A DNA stretch of 64,000 nucleotides, taken from assembly GCA_964454835.1 (NCBI GenBank), contig CAYVTU010000001.1:102836-166835 (forward strand), written 5' to 3'. The translations under genes were made by a program, and so were the position numbers. The notes beneath the pieces are model-generated. The model saw only the letters and a program-made list of their open reading frames with translations, did not search any database and was not told the origin of the DNA. Position 1 is the stretch's first letter. The number at the start of each line of letters is the position of its first letter. Origin of the DNA: an uncultured Brachyspira sp. Its GTDB lineage: Bacteria > Spirochaetota > JAAYUW01. Below, piece by piece: positions 20,552 to 31,184 of this stretch.

Positions 20552-20620
20552 GGCTATAATGTAATAGAAATAAGAGAATTTGTCAAATTTATGAAATTCT
20601 TTGACATTTGTTAAGAAAAA

Positions 20621-20693
20621 TCGGAAAGAGGAGATTTGAACTCCTGACCCCCTGGTCCCGAACCAGGTGCGCTGCCAACTGCGCTACTTTCCG
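20621..20693 (-). tRNA. tRNA-Pro (anticodon CGG)
   Basis: Cloverleaf folds by hand: acceptor CGGAAAG/CTTTCCG with the C1-G72 pair typical of tRNA-Pro, D-stem GCGC/GCGC, anticodon stem CCTGG/CCAGG, loop TTCGGGA, T-loop TTCAAAT, discriminator A. CCA not encoded. Confidence 0.85.
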
Positions 20694-20765
20694 ACATTAA
20701 ATTTTTTATAAGTCTACTTTTTAATAGAAAATATATAAAAAAATTATCAAATTAAGTATATTAAA

Positions 20766-22745
20766 CTAAGATTTATCGGTAAGTTGTTTAATTTTATCTC
20801 TAAGAACAGCGGCTTCTTCAAATTCCCATTTTTTTGCGGCTTGCATCATCTGATTTGTAAGGATTTTAATAAGTTTTTCCTTTTCCTTTGGATTTAGTGG
20901 ATTATATTTCTTTATTAAAAATTCGTAGGCAAGGTTTGTTCCATCTTCTTTCGATTTTTCTTCCCTTTCTATAAAGGTTTTTACCTCTTTTTTAATGCTA
21001 ACTGGAACAATATTATGAGTTTTATTAAATTCAATCTGTAATTGTCTTCTTTTTCGAGTTATTTCGATTGCCTGTTTCATAGAATCAGAAATCTGATCTG
21101 CATACATAATTATTGTACCATTGACATTTCTTGCAGCACGCCCCATCATCTGAATTAAAGATCTTTCAGAACGTAAAAATCCTACTTTATCGGCATCTAA
21201 AATTGCGACAAGGGTAACTTCTGGCAAATCCAATCCTTCTCTTAAAAGATTAATACCAACAAGAATTTTGCAATCACCTTTTCTGAATTTTGTTATAATA
21301 TCTATTCTATCGAGAGAATCAATTTCAGAATGAAGATATAAAGCGGGATATTTTTGTTTTTCTAAATAATCTGCAAGATCTTCTGCATTTTTCTTAGTGA
21401 GAACAAGAACTAGTATCCTTTCATCATTTATTAGCCTTTTATCAATTTCGCCAATTAAGTCTTTTACCTGATTTTCAGCAGGTCTAACTATTATTTCGGG
21501 GTCAAGCAGTCCTGTTGGTCTTATCCACTGCTCAACTACAACACTACTTTTTAGTTCATATTCAGCCGGTGTTGCACTGACAAATAAAACCTTCTTAAAA
21601 TAATTTTCAACCTCGTTAAATTTTAATGGTCTGTGGTCATAGGCAGAAGGAAGTCTAAAACCATAATCAATAAGCGATTTTTTTCTGGATAAATCTCCTC
21701 CATACATTGCATGAAGTTGTGGGATCGTAACATGAGACTCATCAATTACGATAAGATAATCTTTTGGGAAGTAATCTAGTAGTGTAGCAGGAGGCTGACC
21801 TGGCAATCTTCCACTAAAATGTCTGCTATAATTTTCTATGCCTTTTACAAAGCCAAGTTCGTTGATCATAGTAATATCATAACTTGTTCTTGAAAGAAGT
21901 CTTTCTGCTTCAAGGTTTTTACCCAATTCCTTTAATTCTTTATATCTTTCATTCAATTCATGCTCTATGGATATTAATGCTCTTTTCCTTTCTTCAAGAT
22001 TTGTGACAAAATGCTTTGCGGGATATATGGTAAATTGTTCAACTTCTGAAATAACATCAGTAGTTATTGGATGAATTAAGATTAATTTTTCGATTATATC
22101 ATCAAAAAAAATTATTCTTAATGCATGCTCGGTGTAAGCTGGGAAAATATCTACTATGTCGCCTTTAATTCTAAATTTACCAGGGGTGAACTCAATATCT
22201 GATCTTTCGTAGAAAATAGAAACCAGAAGCATGGTAAGTTGTTCTGTTGAAATTTTTTGATTTAAGGTTAATGGTATTCTTTGATTTTTATATTCATCTG
22301 GGTTACCTATTCCATAGATACAACTTACCGTTGCAATTACTATCGTATCATTTCTTGATAAAAGAGCCTCTGTCGCTTTTAATCTTAATCTTTCTATTTC
22401 TTCGTTAATATCGGAGTCTTTTTCTATATATAAATCTCTCGTTGGAAGATATGCTTCTGGTTGGTAGTAATCAAAATATGATACAAAATACTCTACTGCA
22501 TTTTCAGGGAAAAATGATTTTAATTCACTATATAGCTGTCCAGCAAGTGTTTTATTATGAGAAATAACTAGAGTAGGTAATTGAAGTTGTTCTATTATAT
22601 GTGCTACTGTATAAGTTTTACCTGAACCTGTTACACCATAAAGAGTTACCCTTTCTTTGTTAGAATTGAAGGCATTAACTATTTTTTTTATTGCCTCTGG
22701 TTGGTCGCCTGCGGGAGCAAAATTTGAATGCAATTTGAATTTCAT
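20766..22745 (-). CDS. uvrB: Excinuclease ABC subunit B
   Basis: Full-length UvrB: N-terminal helicase motifs, GVTGSGKT Walker A, C-terminal UVR coiled-coil. Confidence 0.95.
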   Translation of the reverse strand: MKFKLHSNFAPAGDQPEAIKKIVNAFNSNKERVTLYGVTGSGKTYTVAHIIEQLQLPTLVISHNKTLAGQLYSELKSFFPENAVEYFVSYFDYYQPEAYLPTRDLYIEKDSDINEEIERLRLKATEALLSRNDTIVIATVSCIYGIGNPDEYKNQRIPLTLNQKISTEQLTMLLVSIFYERSDIEFTPGKFRIKGDIVDIFPAYTEHALRIIFFDDIIEKLILIHPITTDVISEVEQFTIYPAKHFVTNLEERKRALISIEHELNERYKELKELGKNLEAERLLSRTSYDITMINELGFVKGIENYSRHFSGRLPGQPPATLLDYFPKDYLIVIDESHVTIPQLHAMYGGDLSRKKSLIDYGFRLPSAYDHRPLKFNEVENYFKKVLFVSATPAEYELKSSVVVEQWIRPTGLLDPEIIVRPAENQVKDLIGEIDKRLINDERILVLVLTKKNAEDLADYLEKQKYPALYLHSEIDSLDRIDIITKFRKGDCKILVGINLLREGLDLPEVTLVAILDADKVGFLRSERSLIQMMGRAARNVNGTIIMYADQISDSMKQAIEITRKRRQLQIEFNKTHNIVPVSIKKEVKTFIEREEKSKEDGTNLAYEFLIKKYNPLNPKEKEKLIKILTNQMMQAAKKWEFEEAAVLRDKIKQLTDKS

Positions 22746-22773
22746 CTTATTCTATTTTCTTGTTTTTTATTTT

Positions 22774-23949
22774 TTATTCGAAATTTAAGTTTAAATTCCC
22801 CATATTTACATCAAGATTAATATTTAATAAATTTTTTGCATCAGATTTATTTTTATTTGAACTCAGCTCAAAACCACCGGAAAATTTATGGATTTCTCCA
22901 TTGTACTTGATTGATATATTACCAGCATTTAATTTTGATTTTACATAGAAATCTTTGCAGTTTTTAACTGTAAAAGAAGAATCTGTCATATTAGCTTTAT
23001 AGGTAAAAATAGATGGAAAACTCAAAAATCTTTCGCAGTTGACAATATATTTTCCAGCATTTTCTTTTATGTTTATTTCAGAAGAAATGTTAAAATCATA
23101 TGCATCTATAAGAGAATCAGAAGCATTAAAGTCAAAAACAAGATTTTTTGATTTGATTAGTTTAGATTTTATTTGAGATTTTGAGGCATTTATTTTAATA
23201 GATAAAGTTTCCTCAAAAATCATCAATTCTGAATTTATATAACTATCTGAAGCCGAAATTTCTATTTGACCATTTAAAGCTTTTAATTTTAAAAGATTTG
23301 CGTCTATACTTGAAGCATTTTGACTTAATTTAAAAATTTTTGAAACATCAAGATTATCTGCCCAAATCTGAATATTAGAAATATTTATGTCAAAATCCAG
23401 GTTTTCGTATTTTGTTGGTAAAATCATAAATACAAATAAGTAAATATCATCATTAATTTTATAATTTTTTGAAAAACTTTCATCTAAAATACCTATTTTA
23501 TTATTTATAATTTGAACAGGATTTTTTATGGAAAGGTCATTTGTATAAAGTTTATATGAAATTTTTGGGGTAGCTTTGTCAGAAAAGATACAGATTCCTT
23601 TTGTTAGATTGATATTGATTTTGTTTATATTATTAAGTGAATTAACTTGATATTCAGTTTTATCTTTTAATTTAAACTGAGTATTGTTGGTAATAAATTC
23701 ATCTGCTTGATTGAAGAACTTGTTTTCGATTGAAGTTAAATTTGATAAATCTGAGATATCTGTTTTAAATTTCAGTTTATCATTAAATAGATTTTCACCA
23801 TTTGAAAAAAGATTTTTATTTATAATAACTGATGGAAATTTTACTCCACTTTTACTGTCCAAATAGGCTTTGACTACAAATAAAAAGATTAAAGAAATTA
23901 TTAGAATTGAAACAAGGAAAATTCCAAGAAGTTTTGTGCTATTTTTCAT
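22774..23949 (-). CDS. Membrane-anchored hypothetical protein, possibly DUF4097/LiaG-like beta-repeat
   Basis: N-terminal TM helix, Asn/Ser-rich beta-repeat body. Last gene of the GntR–ABC operon. Confidence 0.35.
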   Translation of the reverse strand: MKNSTKLLGIFLVSILIISLIFLFVVKAYLDSKSGVKFPSVIINKNLFSNGENLFNDKLKFKTDISDLSNLTSIENKFFNQADEFITNNTQFKLKDKTEYQVNSLNNINKININLTKGICIFSDKATPKISYKLYTNDLSIKNPVQIINNKIGILDESFSKNYKINDDIYLFVFMILPTKYENLDFDINISNIQIWADNLDVSKIFKLSQNASSIDANLLKLKALNGQIEISASDSYINSELMIFEETLSIKINASKSQIKSKLIKSKNLVFDFNASDSLIDAYDFNISSEINIKENAGKYIVNCERFLSFPSIFTYKANMTDSSFTVKNCKDFYVKSKLNAGNISIKYNGEIHKFSGGFELSSNKNKSDAKNLLNINLDVNMGNLNLNFE

Positions 23950-23984
23950 TTAGTTCTCCTGTATTTTATTTTTTAATTTTAATA

Positions 23985-24362
23985 TTAAATATTTTCTATA
24001 TGCTTATTATTGCATTTTTCAAGTAAATTGACAAATTCATTGAAAGAAATATTTAAAATATTAAGTTCTTTTAATATCTTTGGGATATCGTTTTTAATAA
24101 ACAGATTTTTTTTATATTCAAGAACTTTAGCATAGGCATCCTTATCTAAGAAATAACCCTTACCTCTCAAATTGTAGATAATCCCTATATTTTCACATTC
24201 AGTGTAGGCTTTCGCTATTGTATTTGGATTAACTTCAAGCTCTGATGCCAACTCTCTTATGCTTGGTATCCTTGAATCCTGCTGCCACTTTTTTTTAAGA
24301 ATAAGTTCAAAGATAAGTTCAATTATCTGCAGATATATTGGTTTTGATTCATCAAATTTCAT
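23985..24362 (-). CDS. GntR-family (YtrA-like) transcriptional regulator
   Basis: wHTH IPSIRELASELEVNPNTIAKAY; small size typical of YtrA-subfamily GntR preceding ABC genes. Confidence 0.7.
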   Translation of the reverse strand: MKFDESKPIYLQIIELIFELILKKKWQQDSRIPSIRELASELEVNPNTIAKAYTECENIGIIYNLRGKGYFLDKDAYAKVLEYKKNLFIKNDIPKILKELNILNISFNEFVNLLEKCNNKHIENI

Positions 24363-24365
24363 ATT

Positions 24366-25175
24366 TTATTCTCCTTTAACATCGTATTCTACGATGCGAA
24401 GGTATGAAAGAAAATAAAAGAAAATAGCAAGTGCTATTTTAATTATTTCACTCAAAATTTTATAAGTTTTGAAATTAATACCAAATTTTTCCAAGATCGA
24501 ATAAATATTAATATTAAAATTATAATAGCTATTTCGAAAGCTAAAATAAGTAATTATAAAAATAATAGTGGAATATATAAAACTAATGGCAAGAATTGTC
24601 AGAATTGTCTTAAAAAAACTATTTTTTTTGAAATAAGATGAACCAAGAATAAAAATTGAACATAGAAAAAAATAGGTAGAAATAATTTGATAATTAAACA
24701 ATTTTGATATCTCTGAAATATTTATTGTTGTTTTGGTAAAAAAAGATATAAATATACTATTAATTACAAATGCAATAGCCGTTGTTGCAATGCTTACTAT
24801 TAGGTAAAAAAATACATAGTATAACCATATAGAAGCAAACTTCTCAAACTGAGTTTTAGGAAGCATGTAAAAAGATATGGCTTTTTCTTCTGAATGAATG
24901 TGTTTCAAACTATTAGAGGAAATAATAATGCCAATAATTAAAGAAACAATATAAAAAAGAATTATGTTCATAGAACTTGTTATTCTTGAATAAAATGGGA
25001 AAAGAATGGCAGATATAATTTTGAATAAAACAAGAAATATAAATACAATATTAACAATTATTGGCGCAAGAAAAATTTGCTTTCCATAAAGATTAAAATC
25101 AAGTTTTAATAATGAAAAAAAGTTTTCCATCTTGTTTAAAAATGGGCTTTTAATTTTGTATATGTTGTCAGACAT
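24366..25175 (-). CDS. ABC-2-type transporter membrane protein
   Basis: Six predicted TM helices. Immediately follows the ABC ATPase. Confidence 0.5.
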   Translation of the reverse strand: MSDNIYKIKSPFLNKMENFFSLLKLDFNLYGKQIFLAPIIVNIVFIFLVLFKIISAILFPFYSRITSSMNIILFYIVSLIIGIIISSNSLKHIHSEEKAISFYMLPKTQFEKFASIWLYYVFFYLIVSIATTAIAFVINSIFISFFTKTTINISEISKLFNYQIISTYFFLCSIFILGSSYFKKNSFFKTILTILAISFIYSTIIFIITYFSFRNSYYNFNINIYSILEKFGINFKTYKILSEIIKIALAIFFYFLSYLRIVEYDVKGE

Positions 25176-25220
25176 TTTATACTCCTGTTTTTGATATTTT
25201 AATAAATTAAAATTTTCATT

Positions 25221-26078
25221 TTACTGAAATTTTTTTGGATCTGTTATCACAGCATTAAAAAAGAATTCAATATCTACCGTGGTTTGATTTTTATTTTCAT
25301 TTATTAGAAAAATTTTCCCAGCAGCTGATTCTTCAAAATAAATGATCTTGTTAGATGATAGATTATTTATAGATTCAATTTTTTCATCTTGCAAATAATC
25401 TTTAATATTTAATTCAGAAACTACTGAATAATTTTGGGAAATAAAATCTATAGAATTATTAAATACAATTTTGCCATTATGAAGGATAATGACATAGTCG
25501 AAAAGTTGAGATAAATCTCTTACCTGATGAGTTGAAATAATGAAAACTTGATTTTCTGTCAAACTTTCAGCTATTTTTTTTCTTACAGAAACTTTTGAAG
25601 GTATATCTAATCCATTTGTTGGCTCATCTAAAAGCATTATCTTAGCAAAGGTAGAAAGCCCAAAGGCAAGAATAAACTTTTTCTTTTGACCAAATGATAA
25701 TGTTCTGAGGTTTTTATTTAGGGGGATTTCAAATTCATCGCATGTTCTTAAAAAATACTCTTCGTTAAAACTTGGGTAAAACTGTTTATAGAGTTTATAA
25801 TACTTTTGACCATCAAAAGAAGGTAAATAGAGGTTTTCAGGGAAAAAGAAAATATCTTCAAGAATTTTTGGATCTCTTTTAATTGATATTTTATCCAGTA
25901 TTTTTATTTCTCCACCTTTGTAATGTAATAGACCCGTCATACATTTTAAAAGACTTGTTTTTCCCGCACCATTTTTACCTAAAAGACCGTAAATATGCCC
26001 TGAATTAAAATTTGCAGATAAGTTATCAAATAGTAAGTTGTTTGAATAACCAAAAAATAGATTTTTACATTCAACCAT
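25221..26078 (-). CDS. ABC transporter ATP-binding protein
   Basis: Walker A GKNGAGKTSLLK, signature LSFGQKKK, Walker B LLDEPTNGLD. Confidence 0.85.
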   Translation of the reverse strand: MVECKNLFFGYSNNLLFDNLSANFNSGHIYGLLGKNGAGKTSLLKCMTGLLHYKGGEIKILDKISIKRDPKILEDIFFFPENLYLPSFDGQKYYKLYKQFYPSFNEEYFLRTCDEFEIPLNKNLRTLSFGQKKKFILAFGLSTFAKIMLLDEPTNGLDIPSKVSVRKKIAESLTENQVFIISTHQVRDLSQLFDYVIILHNGKIVFNNSIDFISQNYSVVSELNIKDYLQDEKIESINNLSSNKIIYFEESAAGKIFLINENKNQTTVDIEFFFNAVITDPKKFQ

Positions 26079-26227
26079 TTTTTCTCCTTCTTATGTTATA
26101 GTGTAATAAATAACTAATACACCAGATAAATAGAGCAATAAATTTAAATGTCAACTAAAATTTTAAAAATTTCATTTAATTTTCATTTTATTTTTGATTA
26201 AAACAAAAAAAAAAGTATTTTTTATAT

Positions 26228-27946
26228 ATGAAGCAAAAAAACATATACATCTTATTTTTACTTTTAGTGTTACTATCTTTTTTGTCATTTCAAAATCAAG
26301 ATAATAATGAAAGAATATTAAGTGATGTAGATATTTTAATAAAAGAAGGAAATTATTCAAAGGCATTATCTTTGCTTCTTGCTGAGTTTAATAAGAATCC
26401 ACAATCTTCAGCAATTTCTGAAAAAATTGCATCGATATTCTTTTCTCAACAAGTTTTTGATTTAGCATTAAAATACTATTTAATTTCATACAAAAACGGA
26501 ATTGTCGATGTCCAGGTAATTGAAAAGATAGGTGAATGCTATGCATATCTTAATAATAATAAAAAAGCCATAGAATATCTTAAAAAAGCCTTTTTTATGG
26601 GAAATTCTGATCCTTATTATCTCTATTCTTTAATTTGGGTATTATTAAAAGAAAAGAAATTTGATGAAGCAAACAGCTATCTGGAATTTGGGAATTCAAT
26701 GTATCCGAATCTATCATATTTTGTAGGTGCTAAAGCATTGTTTTATGCTAACACTTTTGATATTGAGCAAGCTCGTAAAGAATATGAAAAAGCTATTCTT
26801 TTAACTGCGTCTTATTCTCCTATATATTTTTATAACTGGGGAGTAATGGAATTTCAGTTAAGAAACTATGCAAAAGCAGAAGAATTATTTTTAGGAGCTG
26901 CTTCTTTTAATAATTTTGGAGAAGCCTTTCTTGCACTTGGAGAAATTTCGCTAGGAAAGGCTGATTTAAATTTGGCTGAAAAGTATTTCTTAAGAGGGAA
27001 ACCCTTACTAAAATCGCCTTTTATATTATATGACCTGATTTATCTTTATGGTATTAAAGGGGAGAAAGATAAGCTAATTTCAGTATATAAAAGCATAATT
27101 AAGTTTCCCAATAAATGGTGGATTTATCAATATAACCTGAATCTTTATGAACAACTTATGAATTTTTATGAGTTAGAGAATCAATACTATAAAACTCTTT
27201 ATAATCTTGAGAAAAAAACATTTTATTCAAAAACTAAAGATAAAATAAAATCTCAATATCTAGCGGCGACCTATATAATTTATGGCTTTATATCTAAAGT
27301 TAAGTTTAAATTTTATTCAATTTTACATCTTGGTAGCATAAACAAAAATATAGAAACATTAAATTATTATAATGTGTCGAGAAAAGCCTTATCTGATTTT
27401 CGCTTTATAGAAAATAAACTGATATTGAACGAGAAAGAAACTTATACAAAAATAACAAATAAAGAAGGTTATATTTATAATCTTTATTTTGCACAAAATA
27501 TTAAAAATAGAAAAGAAAAAATAAGGTTAGCACAGTTATTTATTGAAAAAGCAGATTCTTCATATGAAAGATTAGATATTATTAATGCACTAGAGTTAAT
27601 GGCAAAAGCAAATAAAGGGAATATAGATACCTATATTGAAATTCTTGGAAAAATAGCGAAGATTTTACCTTATTATTTTAATAGTAGTAGATTAAAGATA
27701 CCGGTATATATTAAATACTCAGGAAATAGTGAATCGATAAATATATTGAAAAAATACTTAAAAACTAAGGGAATTATAAATAATAAAGCTTCAAAATTGA
27801 AGGTAAATATTAGTTGTTCTGATATTTATACTTTTGTTATTGAATATGAGAATAAGACTAATTTCTTTTCATTTACTAAAGAAGATATCTTGAATGATAG
27901 AATATCTATTTATTATAATCTTTTCAGTGCTTTTTACGAAGATTAG
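26228..27946 (+). CDS. Secreted TPR-repeat protein
   Basis: Signal peptide plus multiple 34-aa TPR-like repeats (A/Y/L spacing). Confidence 0.55.
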   Translation: MKQKNIYILFLLLVLLSFLSFQNQDNNERILSDVDILIKEGNYSKALSLLLAEFNKNPQSSAISEKIASIFFSQQVFDLALKYYLISYKNGIVDVQVIEKIGECYAYLNNNKKAIEYLKKAFFMGNSDPYYLYSLIWVLLKEKKFDEANSYLEFGNSMYPNLSYFVGAKALFYANTFDIEQARKEYEKAILLTASYSPIYFYNWGVMEFQLRNYAKAEELFLGAASFNNFGEAFLALGEISLGKADLNLAEKYFLRGKPLLKSPFILYDLIYLYGIKGEKDKLISVYKSIIKFPNKWWIYQYNLNLYEQLMNFYELENQYYKTLYNLEKKTFYSKTKDKIKSQYLAATYIIYGFISKVKFKFYSILHLGSINKNIETLNYYNVSRKALSDFRFIENKLILNEKETYTKITNKEGYIYNLYFAQNIKNRKEKIRLAQLFIEKADSSYERLDIINALELMAKANKGNIDTYIEILGKIAKILPYYFNSSRLKIPVYIKYSGNSESINILKKYLKTKGIINNKASKLKVNISCSDIYTFVIEYENKTNFFSFTKEDILNDRISIYYNLFSAFYED

Positions 27947-27964
27947 GTATTTATTATTAAATTA

Positions 27965-29791
27965 TTATTCTTCAATATTAAGTTTTAATCCTGATAAATC
28001 TGTTTTTTCAAGTCTGAAAAGAAAGGCTTTAGTAAAATAATATGCCCTTGTAAAAACATAAATTATTGGTTTACCATTGAATTTTTTGACACCATGAAGT
28101 TTCTCATCGACAAATAGTTTTTCATCAGGATTATCTATTATATAAAAATTTTTATCTGTATAATCTTTTATTACTTTCATTGTTATAATTAGAAATGATT
28201 GAAGAATTTCAAATAATTTATTGCGAATTGATACAGAGAGCTTTACCATATTTTCTTTATCAGCTGTCAGTGTATCATCATAAAAACTCTGGTCAGATTT
28301 TATTTTTACTTTTAATGAAATTTCAGCATAGGATTCAAAATCTTGATAAAGAAGATTCAATGAATTTAGTACATTATTTAATTCTGATTTGATATCTACT
28401 TTTTTATGCTCCTCAAATTTAATCTTGTAACCCACTTCTCTTAATGTCATAAATGTTGTATATTGTTCATTAAGTTCTTTATAAAAAATATAGGTTAAGG
28501 TGATTTTATCATCAGGATTTAATCTTTGAAGAATCCTATCATTCTGCATTATCTCTTCTTTATGCTTGTTAAAGGTATTTTGAATTTCATCCATGAATTC
28601 AAAACCTTTTTTTATATCTTCTGGAATTTTAGCTACTTCTTTCTTCTCAATATCTTCTTCAATCATCTTTTTTTTATCATCAGAGCTATTTTTTAATGCA
28701 GCCAAATATTCTGCTTCTTCTTTTTTTTCTTTTTGAAAATAATAACCAACTGCATCTGTTTCATCAAATTTTAAATAATCTTTTATCAATGGAGAATTAA
28801 ATGAAAGATATTTGCAAATATTTCTGCAAAATAAAATGTGAAATTTTTCATAGGCAGTAGTTATTATGAAAGAAATATCATTAATAAGTTCTTGCTCAGA
28901 TATGTTTAGTCTATAATATTGGAGATAAATATTTCTGGCTGTGAGCATGGCTATCTCAAAAACTCCAGAATGATCCTTTATAAATAATAGTTTTTTAAAA
29001 TAAAAAGAAAATTTTTCCAAATCTTCAAAATTTAAAATTGCAGAAAAATTTTCAAATGCTTTTTCATAAAAATAAGATAGATAATCATCGTCTGTTAAAT
29101 TCAAAAATTGGTGAATAATATCATAATGAAGAGGGCTCAGTTTCCCAAGAGTATCTCTTACCTTTTTCTTTATTACTGGGGTATTAAAGCAACCTCTTAT
29201 AAAATAACCCAGTTTTGATATTATAGAAGCATAATGAGGGAAGAAATTGACTAAAAAATCTTGATGAATCTTAGAAATTTTATATGAAAGAACTTTCAAT
29301 AAATATCCATTAATCATAAAAAGTATTCTATCTGCAAGGGATAGTGAATTTTTAGAAGCTTCAGATGAATCAGATTTTACCTCTTTTGTTTCTTTATAAC
29401 TTGATGGTCTAAGATTTGTTTGCTTTTTCTCTTGTTTAATATTTAAATTTGAGCTATCTTTTTTTATAATTTTTTTTTCTGTTTCAAGTTTTTTTTCTAA
29501 AGTTTTGAAATTTTTATATGTTTCTTCTCTTTTTCTGTTGATATCTGCATTATCTACTCTTCTTCTTTTTTTATAACCATCAATCATTATATCTGATGTG
29601 ATGTTTGGTGCATTTTTCCTCTGGAATATTCCATATGGATTATGTGTGTCTTTTTTATCGAAGAGAGAAAAATCGACCTTTCCTCCTGCTTTTTTAAGCT
29701 TTTCAAGCATCTGTTTTCTGGCTTGTTCATCAAGTTGATCGACACCTAGCTTATCTCTAAGATTATTATATTTATCATTTATAGGTGACAT
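27965..29791 (-). CDS. Hypothetical protein, Lys/Glu-rich N-terminus, no recognisable domain
   Basis: Long ORF with coding-like composition and no opposing ORF. Confidence 0.45.
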   Translation of the reverse strand: MSPINDKYNNLRDKLGVDQLDEQARKQMLEKLKKAGGKVDFSLFDKKDTHNPYGIFQRKNAPNITSDIMIDGYKKRRRVDNADINRKREETYKNFKTLEKKLETEKKIIKKDSSNLNIKQEKKQTNLRPSSYKETKEVKSDSSEASKNSLSLADRILFMINGYLLKVLSYKISKIHQDFLVNFFPHYASIISKLGYFIRGCFNTPVIKKKVRDTLGKLSPLHYDIIHQFLNLTDDDYLSYFYEKAFENFSAILNFEDLEKFSFYFKKLLFIKDHSGVFEIAMLTARNIYLQYYRLNISEQELINDISFIITTAYEKFHILFCRNICKYLSFNSPLIKDYLKFDETDAVGYYFQKEKKEEAEYLAALKNSSDDKKKMIEEDIEKKEVAKIPEDIKKGFEFMDEIQNTFNKHKEEIMQNDRILQRLNPDDKITLTYIFYKELNEQYTTFMTLREVGYKIKFEEHKKVDIKSELNNVLNSLNLLYQDFESYAEISLKVKIKSDQSFYDDTLTADKENMVKLSVSIRNKLFEILQSFLIITMKVIKDYTDKNFYIIDNPDEKLFVDEKLHGVKKFNGKPIIYVFTRAYYFTKAFLFRLEKTDLSGLKLNIEE

Positions 29792-29801
29792 TGTTTTATT
29801 T

Positions 29802-30443
29802 TCACCTCTTTATATATTTGATGATTATTTCCAATACCTCTTCTATTGTATAACTTGTTGTATCAATTTCAATAGCATCTTCTGCTTTTTTTAAAGGATT
29901 TTCTTTTCTTGTAGAATCGTAATTGTCTCTTCTTATTAAGTCCTCTATAATATAATTGATATCTTTATCTTTGCTTTCCTGTAACCATCTTCTTTTAGCC
30001 CTTTCTTTAATGTCAGCATTAAGAAAAAACTTATAATCAGCATCAGGAAAAACATTAGTTCCAATATCTCTTCCTTCTAAAATAGAATCATATTTTCTAC
30101 CTAATTTCCTTTGTAATTCAACAAGATATTTTCTAACTTCACTTAATGCAGATACATAAGATACTTCAAGTGTTACTTCGGAGCTTCTGATTCTTTCACT
30201 TACATCTTCACCATTTAAAATAATTTTATCATCAATTAGTTCAATATTTATTTTCTTTAATATTTCATTTATTTTTTCTTCGCTTTCTTTAATTATATTT
30301 AATAAATTTTCTCTTATTAAATAAAATGTAACTGCTCTATACATAGCTCCGGTATTAATATATGTAAAGTTAAGTTTTTGTGCAAGAAGTTTGGCTATTG
30401 TGCTTTTTCCACTACCTGCTGGACCATCAATAGCTATTATCAT
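29802..30443 (-). CDS. cmk: Cytidylate kinase
   Basis: MIIAIDGPAGSGKSTIAKLLAQKL P-loop, typical CMP kinase N-terminus. Start chosen at the internal Met (MIIAIDG), giving a 17-bp overlap with the upstream gene. Confidence 0.8.
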   Translation of the reverse strand: MIIAIDGPAGSGKSTIAKLLAQKLNFTYINTGAMYRAVTFYLIRENLLNIIKESEEKINEILKKINIELIDDKIILNGEDVSERIRSSEVTLEVSYVSALSEVRKYLVELQRKLGRKYDSILEGRDIGTNVFPDADYKFFLNADIKERAKRRWLQESKDKDINYIIEDLIRRDNYDSTRKENPLKKAEDAIEIDTTSYTIEEVLEIIIKYIKR

Positions 30444-31182
30444 AATCATCCTCATCATTTTTTTCAATTTTAGGTCTTGAAATTTTCTTTTTCGAGACAG
30501 ATAGTAGTGGTTCAACTAAAGATAAAGGAACTTGCTTTTTCTCGCCAGGCTTTAAATTTCCAATTTTCAATGGACCAATTCTAACTCTTAAAAGTCTAGC
30601 AATAGGCTGCTTAAAAGTTGCAAAGACATTTCGAATTTCCCTGTTTTTCCCTTCTTTCAGGACTATTCTAGCCACAGTTTCTCTTATTAAATCTATATTT
30701 TCAGCCTTGTAGAACTCGCCATCTATATTAATACCTTTTTTAAAACTTGATAGCAATTCTTTTTTTATTGGTTGGTATGAAAAAACAAGATATTCTTTCT
30801 CTATTTGGTAAGATGGATGAGTGAGGATGTTTATTAGCTCAGTATGATTTGTGACAATAAGTATTCCTTCTGAAAAATAATCCAATCTTCCAGCTATTTT
30901 CAAGTTACTCTTATTTTGAAAAAACTCTTTTAACCCTTTTTGTCCCTTTTGATCATAAAAAGAAGAAAGAAATCCAGAAGGTTTATAAAAAACATAGCAA
31001 ATTAACTCTTTATTATATGTAATTTTCTTACCTTTCACAAAAACAGTATCAGTCTCTTTTACATCATAATAAGGGATATTTACTATTTCTTTATTGACTT
31101 TAACAAGACCTTCCTTAATAAGTTGCTCAGCTTTTCTTCTTGATATAGATGAATAATTTGAAATGAATTTTTGTAATCTCAA
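30427..31182 (-). CDS. Pseudouridine synthase, RsuA/RluB family, with S4 domain
   Basis: N-terminal S4 (RLQKFISNYSSISRRKAEQLI); catalytic Asp region GRLDYFSEGILIVTN. Confidence 0.85.
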   Translation of the reverse strand: MRLQKFISNYSSISRRKAEQLIKEGLVKVNKEIVNIPYYDVKETDTVFVKGKKITYNKELICYVFYKPSGFLSSFYDQKGQKGLKEFFQNKSNLKIAGRLDYFSEGILIVTNHTELINILTHPSYQIEKEYLVFSYQPIKKELLSSFKKGINIDGEFYKAENIDLIRETVARIVLKEGKNREIRNVFATFKQPIARLLRVRIGPLKIGNLKPGEKKQVPLSLVEPLLSVSKKKISRPKIEKNDEDDYDNSY

Positions 31183-31184
31183 AA

